IMG/VR virus record: IMGVR_UViG_3300046492_000199
Strand: one strand, 5' to 3'
Source: a virus
Length of the DNA stretch: 64,000 nt
Shown: positions 39,886 through 49,530 of the stretch, piece after piece
Numbering within the stretch: the first letter of the stretch is position 1
How the letters are laid out: the number at the start of each line of letters is the position of its first letter
Translations under genes and position numbers: made by a program
The notes under the pieces: generated by a model
What the model saw: the letters and a program-made list of their open reading frames with translations, nothing else
Databases searched by the model: none
Told to the model about the DNA's origin: nothing

Positions 39886-41067
39886 ATGAATTACGAATTC
39901 CCTCGGATCGTTCACATTCAGCAGGCGCTTGATGCAATCAAAGGAGATGAAGACCTTTTCTACGTCGTGGAGAAGGATGGTTATACCGTCATCAATTATA
40001 AGCTGCCATGCAACAAGACCTTTCCGCCTGTGACAAATCGTAACACTGCGATTCGTAGGGAACTTCGTGGCATTAAATTTGATTCCGCTACAGGCGAGAC
40101 AATTTCTCGCCCGTACCACAAATTCTTCAACGCGGGAGAGCGTGAAGAAACTCTTCTTCCCTCTATCGATATTTCAAAAATCTACAATCGTTTGGAAAAG
40201 CTTGATGGGTCTATGGTTCATCCGTTGAGGATCAGAGGTGCCCAACGTTGGGCCACCAAAATGGGGATTACTGATACCTCAATGCAAACCGAGAATTGGT
40301 TAGTCGCTAATCATTATCAGGAAATTATTGAATTTTGCAACGAAGCTATGGACGACGGTTTTACTCCTATTTTTGAATGGTGTAGTCGTTTGAATAGAAT
40401 TGTCGTGGACTATCCAGTAGATAGACTTGTGCTTACCGCTGTTCGCCACACCTTGGACGGTTGGTACATGACCTATGACGAAATGGTTGTCTATGATGCG
40501 GTAAAAGAATATGGAATAGAAGTTGTGAGCAAAAACGAAGCTCCTCTTCATTCCATGGAAGAATATGTTAATTTCATCTACGAACTGAAGTCCGATGAAA
40601 TGACTGAAGGTGAAGTCCTTCGGTTCAGCGACGGCCACATGGTCAAGGTAAAAACGCAAGACTACATCAATCTCCATAGGACCAAGGATAAGATTCAGCG
40701 TGAAAGACATTTCGTTGCTATACTGCTCGCTGGTCAATTAGACGACCTAAAGCCATTCATGCTAGCCGAAGATTTGACTAAGGCCGAGGCTTACGAGATT
40801 CAGTTAAACCAGAACATCACAGAACTTTGCCGAACCTTGTTTCATGAAGTTAATGCCATTCTGAAAGTGAAGCTCCCGCGTAAGGACTTCGCCATTAATT
40901 CAAAAGCGCCTCCTTTGATCAAGTCAATCATTTTCCATCTGTGGGACAGAGATTTTCCATTGGATGAGATGGAAGATGAAATCATGAATCGGCTCCGAGA
41001 GGCGTGTGAATCTGAGCAGAAATTTGAACGAGTCAAACCCTTAATCTTGAAAGGATGTGAGTGGTGA
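39886..41067 (+). CDS. rnlA: T4 Rnl1-type RNA ligase
   Basis: RELRGIKF, YHKFFNAGE, motif I EKLDGS, TPIFEW, EGEV, KVKT..Y. Confidence 0.88.
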   Translation: MNYEFPRIVHIQQALDAIKGDEDLFYVVEKDGYTVINYKLPCNKTFPPVTNRNTAIRRELRGIKFDSATGETISRPYHKFFNAGEREETLLPSIDISKIYNRLEKLDGSMVHPLRIRGAQRWATKMGITDTSMQTENWLVANHYQEIIEFCNEAMDDGFTPIFEWCSRLNRIVVDYPVDRLVLTAVRHTLDGWYMTYDEMVVYDAVKEYGIEVVSKNEAPLHSMEEYVNFIYELKSDEMTEGEVLRFSDGHMVKVKTQDYINLHRTKDKIQRERHFVAILLAGQLDDLKPFMLAEDLTKAEAYEIQLNQNITELCRTLFHEVNAILKVKLPRKDFAINSKAPPLIKSIIFHLWDRDFPLDEMEDEIMNRLREACESEQKFERVKPLILKGCEW

Positions 41068-41285
41068 AAAAGTTTATAATCATTGGGGTGATGGCGTTAG
41101 GTCTAACGTCTTGTGGAATAGATGAAGGTGATTTTGTTTATGTCAGAGGTGACACTGAGACGCTTTTTGGCTATGTCATTACAAAAAACTTTAACGTGAC
41201 TTTTGTTAAGCTTTGTGACGGCAGGGTTGTTAGTGCCTCCGAAGGCTATATGGCTGAAGCCCCTGACGGGGAAGTATGCCAATGA
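41061..41285 (+). CDS. small lipoprotein
   Basis: Lipobox LGLTSC-G; mature part has a CDG...C pair. Confidence 0.65.
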   Translation: MVKKFIIIGVMALGLTSCGIDEGDFVYVRGDTETLFGYVITKNFNVTFVKLCDGRVVSASEGYMAEAPDGEVCQ

Positions 41286-41509
41286 GAAAGCTTTTAATCC
41301 TTGGCCTAATTGCTTTAGGTCTCACGTCTTGCGGACCTGAAGTTGGACAGAATGTTTATGTCGGCGCTAAGGGTGGGCCAACCCTTTTAGGCGCTGTCGT
41401 GGCTGGCGGTTACGCCAGAGACTATTCTGTTGTGCGCCTTTGCGATGGCCAAACCTTCTCCGTGAAGACTGACAATCTCATAGTCACTGAAGAAATGTGC
41501 CCCCAATGA
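41282..41509 (+). CDS. small lipoprotein, tandem paralog of the preceding gene
   Basis: LGLTSC-G lipobox; VYV..G..TL.G.V...V.LCDG...C shared with the preceding gene. Confidence 0.65.
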   Translation: MRKLLILGLIALGLTSCGPEVGQNVYVGAKGGPTLLGAVVAGGYARDYSVVRLCDGQTFSVKTDNLIVTEEMCPQ

Positions 41510-42129
41510 GTGAGTGCGCCAATTGTGACACGTGCCCCTTCACTACGCCGGTCGATACACTTCATTACGAGATTCACATCACTGTGGATCACCGTGATAC
41601 TTTTGTGGACGATTGTTACGCCATCGGTGTACGGCCTGTCATTATTGATATGGGACATGGCGTCCCGACCCACTCAATGACTACGTCCACGCTTAAAGAT
41701 TCAAACGACACCATGGCGTTTGTCACGGCACATTCCATAGCAAAAGCTTTAGAAGATATTGGTTACGACGTAGAACGTATCAAAATCGAAACGGTTCCAT
41801 GGCATCCCAAAGCCTCATGCCCGGAGTCGGAACAATATTTCGAAACGCATTTCGCTATCGACAATCCTAGTACGATGGACAATGTTTTAATATTAGGGCT
41901 GGCAAGTTTTCTCCACCGCTCCCGAAATGTCCTAAAGAAGAATGATAAAAACGTTCAGATGTACACTTACAGGAGTAGGGACAAGGCTGAACACTTCCGA
42001 ACCGTGACAGAGGTAACAGATACTTTGAAATGGTCCGAAGTGCCTCTGAATAAAGTGATTACAGAATTTGCATTATATGACACAAACGAAAGAATGGATG
42101 ATCCATGGCTAAAATCCTTATTGCGCTGA
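41497..42129 (+). CDS. conserved hypothetical protein with repeated YExH motif
   Basis: HYEIHITV and YFETHFAI; RIKIETVPWHP. Confidence 0.5.
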   Translation: MPPMSECANCDTCPFTTPVDTLHYEIHITVDHRDTFVDDCYAIGVRPVIIDMGHGVPTHSMTTSTLKDSNDTMAFVTAHSIAKALEDIGYDVERIKIETVPWHPKASCPESEQYFETHFAIDNPSTMDNVLILGLASFLHRSRNVLKKNDKNVQMYTYRSRDKAEHFRTVTEVTDTLKWSEVPLNKVITEFALYDTNERMDDPWLKSLLR

Positions 42130-43402
42130 GCTATCCGCTCTATGCCGTTTACTTCCCCTTCAATCTCTTACTCGTACTGCTCTCCTATATCCTGTCGCCA
42201 GTTCTTGCCGCGCTATCTTTTATTTTCGGCCCTAAGCTTCCCGGTATGCTTCAGTGGTTCGGAACAATTGATGACGATCTAGATGGAGGAATTCACCAAC
42301 ACGTAGGCGGTTATGATCCTGATGCAAAGGGTTTCTCGTTGTGGTGGCAAAGAACTTGTTGGGTATGTCGTAATCCGGCCCACGGTTGGCAGTCCGTCGT
42401 TCTTGGATTTAAAGGTACTAATAAAGGCTTCACTTTTAAACGCGATATCAATGTCACTTCAAAATACTACCTAAAGCTTTGGCTCGGTTGGAGCGATAGA
42501 TCGTATGACGGAACTTATTTCCACTACCTGTTCCAGTCCGGAATTAAAACAAGAAAAGATTACAATGACTGAATATCTGTACAATCCTGACATGCCCCTC
42601 GTGACGCAGTTTGATTTCCTGAGAGAAAACATTAGACCAGAGGCTTATACCGATACCGCAATCGCAGCCGCGATGGAACGTCTCTATGACGCCATTGTTC
42701 CAGTGATGCAGGGCTATCGAGACTTGTTGGGCCCAGATGATCCCCTTGCGGTCTATCTCAATTATTTCACCCGCACCGCTATTGATATTTTGGAGGATGA
42801 AAATGATGAACCCGAACTTTATGCAACAGTACCACTTGGAAGCATCATTGAAGGGAAATTCACTAAAATCCCTGCTCTGTCTACTGTTCGCATCACTGCT
42901 GCCTCCCCTCTTGGTGATGTTGGCATCACTCGTAATCTATCAGCATCTCGTGGCTTTGAAACTCGCGTCTTTTGGGACAGCTTGACAGATTACCGCGTCA
43001 CGGCAGAGAAGGAAGTCGAAAATGGAAACACCTCCGCCTAGAACAATTACGCGAGAAAACGCGACAGTATTTCTTATCGAAGATGGTGGATTAACGCTGC
43101 CAATCGATGACGGGCTGGATGTGCCGGGATGGGAATATGTAGTGCTCAGAACTGTTGATGGTATGACAGTTAGAATGCCAACCAAGCGTGAGGGATATTG
43201 ATTATGACAAATGAAGAACGCCGCGCAGCTTATTCTCAGTTCCGCTTGGATTATAATGATTATCTTAATTCGGAAGTCCCTGTGGATGAGAAGGAAGATT
43301 TGTTCGAACCTCCCGTTGGTGTCAACATTATTTGGGCCAGTGGATCAAGTGATTTTCTCGGACAAGATGATCGAAGGTACTTTACTTTTCTAGGAGATTG
43401 AT

Positions 43403-43918
43403 TTGCCTAAAAATTTTATTATTGTGCTTGTCGGACCGCCCTGTACCGGCAAGTCCACGTTCCGCCAAAGACTGAAGCAAGACTTTGAATTCATGCCGAT
43501 TTCTTCAGACGATTATATCGAGGAAGCGGCACGTCGCCACAACACGACGTATAGCAAAATCTTTGAACACGCTGTGAGTAATGCTACGAAACAGGCCGAG
43601 CTTGATGCTAAATTAGCTTTGGATAGCAGTCTTGACGTGGTTTGGGATCAGACTAACTTAACCGAGAAGAAGCGGAAGAAAATCCTTGACAAATTCGATA
43701 ATTATGTTAAGATATGCGTATATTTCGAGATTGAAGACTCTTTCGAATGGATGAAGCGATTGTATCATAGGGCCGGAGCTGAAGGTAAGTACATTCCTTA
43801 CCATATCATTGATGGTATGAACCGCACCTATCAGCATCCGGTTTATTCCGAAGGTTTTGATTACGTCACGGATCGACATGGCTTCAGTAATAATATTGTG
43901 AAGGAGTTAATTAAGTAA
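43403..43918 (+). CDS. P-loop kinase (PNK/AAA_33-like)
   Basis: VGPPCTGKST, ISSDDY, VWDQTNLT...R. Confidence 0.8.
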   Translation: MPKNFIIVLVGPPCTGKSTFRQRLKQDFEFMPISSDDYIEEAARRHNTTYSKIFEHAVSNATKQAELDAKLALDSSLDVVWDQTNLTEKKRKKILDKFDNYVKICVYFEIEDSFEWMKRLYHRAGAEGKYIPYHIIDGMNRTYQHPVYSEGFDYVTDRHGFSNNIVKELIK

Positions 43919-44466
43919 TGTCTAATGTTTACTTCACCAGTGATACCCATTTTGGTCACGCCCGAATCATCACTATCGGCGCGGGTCGCCCCTTCAAAAC
44001 CATTCAGGAGCATGACGCTGAACTTATCAAGCGTTGGAACGCCAAGGTAGGACCGGATGACGTTGTTTTCCACCTCGGAGATTTCAACTACAAATCTTCC
44101 GTCGATGCTGATTACTATCTGAAGCAACTCAATGGCAAAATATTCTTCCTCATCATTGGGAATCACGACGGGCAAAAGACTATCACAGCCGAAGGTTGGG
44201 GAGTTACACCGCTTCCGTACCAAGAGCTTGAACTGAATGGCACGCTTATCACGCTCTGCCATTATCCAATCGAAGAATGGAACGGTTATTTCAAAGGTTC
44301 GTGGATGCTACACGGCCATGTCCACGGCATGACGAAGACTGTTCCAATCAGGAAGAATAGAGTAGATGTAGGCGTTGATAATTTCAACTTCGCCCCGGCT
44401 ACTTTCGAAGAAATTCAGGAGTTTAACAGAAAGGCTTTAGATGCCAAAATACCTGCGACAAGTTAA
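43918..44466 (+). CDS. calcineurin-like metallophosphoesterase
   Basis: SDTHFGH, HLGDF, GNHD, CHYP, HGHVH, VDVGVD. Confidence 0.88.
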   Translation: MSNVYFTSDTHFGHARIITIGAGRPFKTIQEHDAELIKRWNAKVGPDDVVFHLGDFNYKSSVDADYYLKQLNGKIFFLIIGNHDGQKTITAEGWGVTPLPYQELELNGTLITLCHYPIEEWNGYFKGSWMLHGHVHGMTKTVPIRKNRVDVGVDNFNFAPATFEEIQEFNRKALDAKIPATS

Positions 44467-44729
44467 TCAAGGGGTAGAAGCTTTTAAAATTAGAAATGAT
44501 GGACCTACGCCTGTCCCTGATTGGTTTCCTTCCAATTATGAAATAGTCAGAGTTGGCATTGTGTTCGAATCTTCAAAAGGAGATTATAGTCTAGCCCCTT
44601 GGGGAAGTTACATAGTGAAATATGAAGGTGAAGATTTATTAGGAGTAATGAGTGCTCTCACGTTTGAGAACCACTTCACTCTAGTTCCATAATTAAATAA
44701 TAAAAACAAAATAGAATAGGAATGGGCAT

Positions 44730-45230
44730 TTGACCACAATCGCATTTCGTGACGGCGTACTAGCATCAGATTCAAAAGTATCTTCAGGTTCTGATGTTTT
44801 CGTTGGAGAATTCCAGAAGATTTTTAAATTGATTGTCGAAGAAGAATTATCTTGGATCGATAGATTAGTTTTTAGGAAAGAGCCGGAACAGGTTGAATAT
44901 CTGATTGGCGCAGCTGGCACCTTGGAGGATATTCAGGAGTATATTGGTAATATGTTTATGGGAGGAGAAAGAACCAAAGCAAGTTATGATTGCTCTCTCC
45001 TCGCAGTTTGTCAAGATGATGAAGGCGGTTACATCATTACTAAATATGACGGCGGGCAAAAAGGTTTTCAACTCTCAGCAAAATACGCTTCTATCGGCTC
45101 TGGATACGAAATTGCGCTAGGCGCGATGTATCATGGCGCGTCGGCGGAAGAAGCTGTCAAAGCGGCAATGTATCACGACAATACAAGCGGCGGCGAGTTG
45201 CAAAGAGTGAGCTTCGCTGACGATGAGTGA
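44730..45230 (+). CDS. Ntn-hydrolase, proteasome-beta/HslV-like peptidase
   Basis: (M)TTIA...LASDS...KIF, GAAG, SIGSG...ALGAM...A.EAV..A; TTG start. Confidence 0.7.
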   Translation: MTTIAFRDGVLASDSKVSSGSDVFVGEFQKIFKLIVEEELSWIDRLVFRKEPEQVEYLIGAAGTLEDIQEYIGNMFMGGERTKASYDCSLLAVCQDDEGGYIITKYDGGQKGFQLSAKYASIGSGYEIALGAMYHGASAEEAVKAAMYHDNTSGGELQRVSFADDE

Positions 45231-45398
45231 AGAATTTAAAAAGGACTTTGGCGAGCTAAATAAATATTTTGAAATGCTGCGCCAAGGCAACGCAATTGCG
45301 TCTCGTCTCAATGCTCAAATCATTTCCGAACACAGCGCAAAAACTTTATTTGTCAAAATGATTGAGAATTTGACCAAGGAAGTTTTGAAAGATAAAAA

Positions 45399-45755
45399 AT
45401 GAATATAATGATTGACTATGACCTAACCTATACCGCTGCGATTGAGATGTGGCGCATGGTAGTGCCCATGTTTCTGGATCACGGTCATAAGGTTTTCCTA
45501 GTCACGTCGAGAGGGATGGACACGCCGGTTGAACTGGTTAACGATTTCCTTCCTCTAAATATTCCCATAATTTACTGCAACTACAGGGCTAAGAAGAAGG
45601 TCTGCGAAGGGCGCGGTATCAAAATTGATATCTGGATCGATGACGATCCTTATTACATCGTACATGGATTTATTGAAGAAGATGATCAAGATATTCAAAA
45701 CGGACCCGGAGACAGTCACACCGTTCGGCATCTGGTTGGCAACGGGCCTAAATAA
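45399..45755 (+). CDS. small HAD-like phosphatase
   Basis: IDYDLT, LVTSR, K, IWIDDDP. Confidence 0.65.
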   Translation: MNIMIDYDLTYTAAIEMWRMVVPMFLDHGHKVFLVTSRGMDTPVELVNDFLPLNIPIIYCNYRAKKKVCEGRGIKIDIWIDDDPYYIVHGFIEEDDQDIQNGPGDSHTVRHLVGNGPK

Positions 45756-46144
45756 AGCAATCAATATTATTTGGCCTTTTGTGCCACGGCACAGATACGA
45801 ATACCTAGAAGAAAAGTACACTATTAAAAGTTTCGAACTTTACGAGACCACCAGAAATTTAGCCGAGTTAGAAGAGTTTCAATTTAATAAGGGTCCGCGT
45901 TACGTCCCGTTCCCGGACTACAAATATTCGTTTAGGCAGCAAGAAATTGCCGACCAACGCCCCATCACTCGCATTAGTTTGAGTGCTGAGCCGCTTCGAA
46001 GTTATTATCAGATCGATACCTATCAATTAAGTTTCGAAGATAGTTCCGAATATATTAAAAATTTATTAGTACGACAATCCGGTGAACTTTTCAGAAAGAA
46101 GGGTGAGGCTGATATGCGTAAAGTTATTGAAAGTTTATCCCAAA

Positions 46145-47194
46145 ATGACGACAGGAAAATTTATTAAATTCCCTTCTATCGAAGCGTTTTCAAGTGTGAA
46201 TGCCACGGTCAAGCGTCGATTCGAACTTGACAATCGACCAAAGGTGTTGTACCGTGGCAAGGTAAAACTTCATGGCACGAACGCCGGGATCAGAGTCGAT
46301 CCAGATGGGACAGTGACTTGCTTCAAAAGAACCGGGGTTTGCAACGTCGAGAACGATAATGCAGGATTCGCTAATTGGGTGGAGACTGTAAAAGATAAAC
46401 TTATTGTTTATCCTTGGACCTACATCCTTTATGGTGAATGGGCCGGTCCCGGTATTCAAAAGAAAGTGGCTGTATCTCAAATTGCCAAGAAGACTTTCTT
46501 TGTGTTCGCTGCGCATCTTCCTCACGCTGTTATGTTAGAAGCTCTTCCCGGCGAGCCTAGAATTCCTAGCGGAAGTGACAGAAGTAATTATGTGATGCTG
46601 GATAAGAGCGGAATTGATTACGTCTTTAACAAGCACAATGTCTTTGAGACAATCCCTTGGGGAACGGAAGAATTTGTCGTAGATTTCAGGCTGCAAAGCT
46701 CTATGGAGCGTTTCACCAAGGAAGTGACTTCTTTGGTCGAAGCTTGTGACAAAGTCGATCCTTACATTAAAGATCGATACGGAATTGAAGGCATTGGTGA
46801 GGGTTATGTTTTTGTGCCTCTTGATCCAATTGATTCTTTAGACTTCGATGTTTACAGCGATTTTCTTTTCAAGGCTAAGGGTGAGAGCCATCACGTCTCT
46901 TCCTCTGAGAAGAAGGTTTCGATTCAAATCGATCCAGCCGTGCTAGAAGGCTCAGCGGCTTTTGCCAAGGAGTTTGTCACTCAAGGCCGTTGCGAACAAG
47001 GCGTGACTGAGGCTTGCGGCGGGGAAGCTGTGATGAAGAATATGGGCGCATTCATGAAGTGGATCGGCCAAGACGTGCAGAAAGAATCTGTGAATGAGTT
47101 GGAAGCTTCTGGCCTTGATTGGAAGAACGTTTCTAAAGCAGTAAATCAACAAGCGAGAGATTGGTATATCCTCGCAACTGAGAGGAATTTGTAA
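46145..47194 (+). CDS. Rnl2-type RNA ligase
   Basis: KFPSI, motif I KVKLHGTN, LYGEWAG.GIQK, FVF, GIGEGYV, FKAKG. Confidence 0.8.
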   Translation: MTTGKFIKFPSIEAFSSVNATVKRRFELDNRPKVLYRGKVKLHGTNAGIRVDPDGTVTCFKRTGVCNVENDNAGFANWVETVKDKLIVYPWTYILYGEWAGPGIQKKVAVSQIAKKTFFVFAAHLPHAVMLEALPGEPRIPSGSDRSNYVMLDKSGIDYVFNKHNVFETIPWGTEEFVVDFRLQSSMERFTKEVTSLVEACDKVDPYIKDRYGIEGIGEGYVFVPLDPIDSLDFDVYSDFLFKAKGESHHVSSSEKKVSIQIDPAVLEGSAAFAKEFVTQGRCEQGVTEACGGEAVMKNMGAFMKWIGQDVQKESVNELEASGLDWKNVSKAVNQQARDWYILATERNL

Positions 47195-48058
47195 TGTCTA
47201 ACGAGTCTTTTAATGATTACGTAGTTTTCGATCTTGAATCATTGAGTCAAGTCCACGGAAGCGATTTTTATAACATTTCTTATGACTTAAGCGGGGCAGA
47301 AGCTCCTGTGGCTGGCGCTCCGACCACTCCTGATAGTGGTGAAGTCGTTGTCGGTGATCGATTCTACGACACCCTAGCCGGTGAAATCGAAGTAATTTAT
47401 GTTTCGGAGTTTGGTCAGATCGTTGCTAAGTTTAGCGACAACTCTATCTCGCTATTCGAATGCCTAGAAGATATTGAGGATGATGGCTTTGTTAAGGTCT
47501 TGGAAACCTCTGGCTTCATCAACGTGATTCGCGACACAGATTTCAATGACATTTTCTTTGACGATGGTGTGTATCTAACTCGGGATGCGGCGATTGCTGC
47601 ATTTGCAGATAACAAGCTTTCGACATGGGAACTGCTTGACACGACGCCCATTTCTTGGAGCAACAAGAATGACTGACAAGTCAGAAATTTGGGTCACAAG
47701 TGGAACGACTGAAAGTGGCGATCCCATCGCCATTTTCCTTTGGGACAAAATGCCGTCTCGGAAGGAAGTGAAGAAAGTTTATATGGAACTTTATCCTGAC
47801 GAGTATGAAGAAGTGGGCCACGTATATTTCAACATAGAATTAGCAAGTTGGGCAAATAAATGAGAAAAGAAGCTAAAGCAGCAGTCCTCAAAGCCGTTAC
47901 GAAACTCTTGGAAACAGCTACTGATCAACTGGAATATGACATTTACGGCGTAGATGATAAAGACTTGATCAACGTGATGAAGACCACGCTTGAGAAGCAG
48001 GCCGACGTAAATATCCAGCTGGCAGTTAGTTTTCTCAACAAGTTGAACGAGTCGTAAC

Positions 48059-48319
48059 ATGTCAAAGAAAAAGATGGGCTACCATCTCACAGAAATCAAG
48101 AAGGGCGAGTTGGGTAAAAGCTCAAAGATTTTAGAGGAAATTCTTGAGCTTCAGGACGCGGAACAACAGGGCTGTAAGGTTATGGCCCTTGTCGAATTAT
48201 CTGACATGGTAGGCGCGATTCAGGCTTATCTGGTCAGCAATTATCCCGATATGAGTCTTGCCGATCTGATGATTATGGCAGGAATTACGAAACGAGCTTT
48301 TGACAATGGAAGACGATGA
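48059..48319 (+). CDS. MazG/HisE-like all-alpha NTP pyrophosphohydrolase
   Basis: KILEEILELQDA...ELSDMVGAI (EExxE...ExxD). Confidence 0.6.
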   Translation: MSKKKMGYHLTEIKKGELGKSSKILEEILELQDAEQQGCKVMALVELSDMVGAIQAYLVSNYPDMSLADLMIMAGITKRAFDNGRR

Positions 48320-48490
48320 TTTTGAAAACTCAATGGCGGAATATGATGAAGGTTACGAGCGCGTAAGATCACTTCTTCTAGAACAGTTGCGCCATCTGGA
48401 CCAAGAATATAAAATGCGGGCCAGACCAATTATAGATAAACTTGCGCAGCTTGAAGCCTATAGGCCTTCGCCATTTTTAAGAGAGTTGTC

Positions 48491-49042
48491 ATGGAAGACG
48501 ATAACCTAATTCGTTACGATCTAATCGCTAAAGCTCTTGACTTTTATAAAGATAAGGGTTATGTGGAGATATGTGTACCGTGGCACGTCAGGCCAGAAAT
48601 TTCGGCACTGACTTGCCCTAGCCCCGATAGGGCATATCCGTTTGAAGATGGCGTGTTTGTCGGCTCGGCTGAACAATCTATGATCCAAATGGCTGTTGAT
48701 GGCGAACTGATCGAAGATCAATATTATGTTGCCTGCTCCCCATGTTTCAGAAATGAGCCGGTTCTCGATGACCTTCATCAAAAATATTTTATGAAGGTCG
48801 AATTGTTTCATTTCGGAACCGCCCAAGACCCGTACAACAAAATCCGCAGAGATGCGTACAACTTCTTTAAAACTTTAACTAATAAAACTATTTATTGGAC
48901 GTTCGAAAACGAGACCGAGACAGATACCGACTTCGAAATAGCTGGCATCGAAATCGGCTCGTACAATTATAGAACTGGCGCTGGAATTACGTGGACCTGT
49001 GGTACTGGCCTCGCATTGCCTCGATTTACTAAGGTGATGTGA
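48491..49042 (+). CDS. minimal class II aminoacyl-tRNA-synthetase-like catalytic domain
   Basis: Motif 1-like FYKDKGYVEI.VP, GSAEQ, motif 2 PCFRNE...H..YFMKVE, EIGS, motif 3 GTGLALPRF. Only 183 aa, with no anticodon domain. Confidence 0.7.
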   Translation: MEDDNLIRYDLIAKALDFYKDKGYVEICVPWHVRPEISALTCPSPDRAYPFEDGVFVGSAEQSMIQMAVDGELIEDQYYVACSPCFRNEPVLDDLHQKYFMKVELFHFGTAQDPYNKIRRDAYNFFKTLTNKTIYWTFENETETDTDFEIAGIEIGSYNYRTGAGITWTCGTGLALPRFTKVM

Positions 49043-49530
49043 TGTTCCAAATTGCTTGGGTAATGTTTGACGGTTCATTTGATATTGCAAACGAATTTGC
49101 CTCATTGAGCGAACTACATGAATGGGCCAGAAAATGGCCATCGTCAGAATATGTTTGGAGACAAATCTGATGACCATCAAATTATTTGATTATAAGCTTT
49201 CTAAATTAACAGAGAAACGAGACGCGGCGATGAGTGCCGGTGCAACAGCCGTCGCGTTGAGACTGACATACGAAATTCTTGAACTAATTAATAATGAAAA
49301 GACTTTAAGAAAATTAGTATATAATGTATAGAGAATTTCATTGTAAAATAGTTAGGGACGAACTTCCAAACGAAGAGGGAAGATGGGTTTCCTATATTGT
49401 AAAAGAGGGAGAAGATATCCCTACTTATGATACAATAATTAGAAATGGATGCCATATAGTCGCTTTGAGGGAAATCAAACCCGGACCCTCGGATCAGCCG
49501 GGGTTTATGGGTCAAGTTAATTTATAAAAT

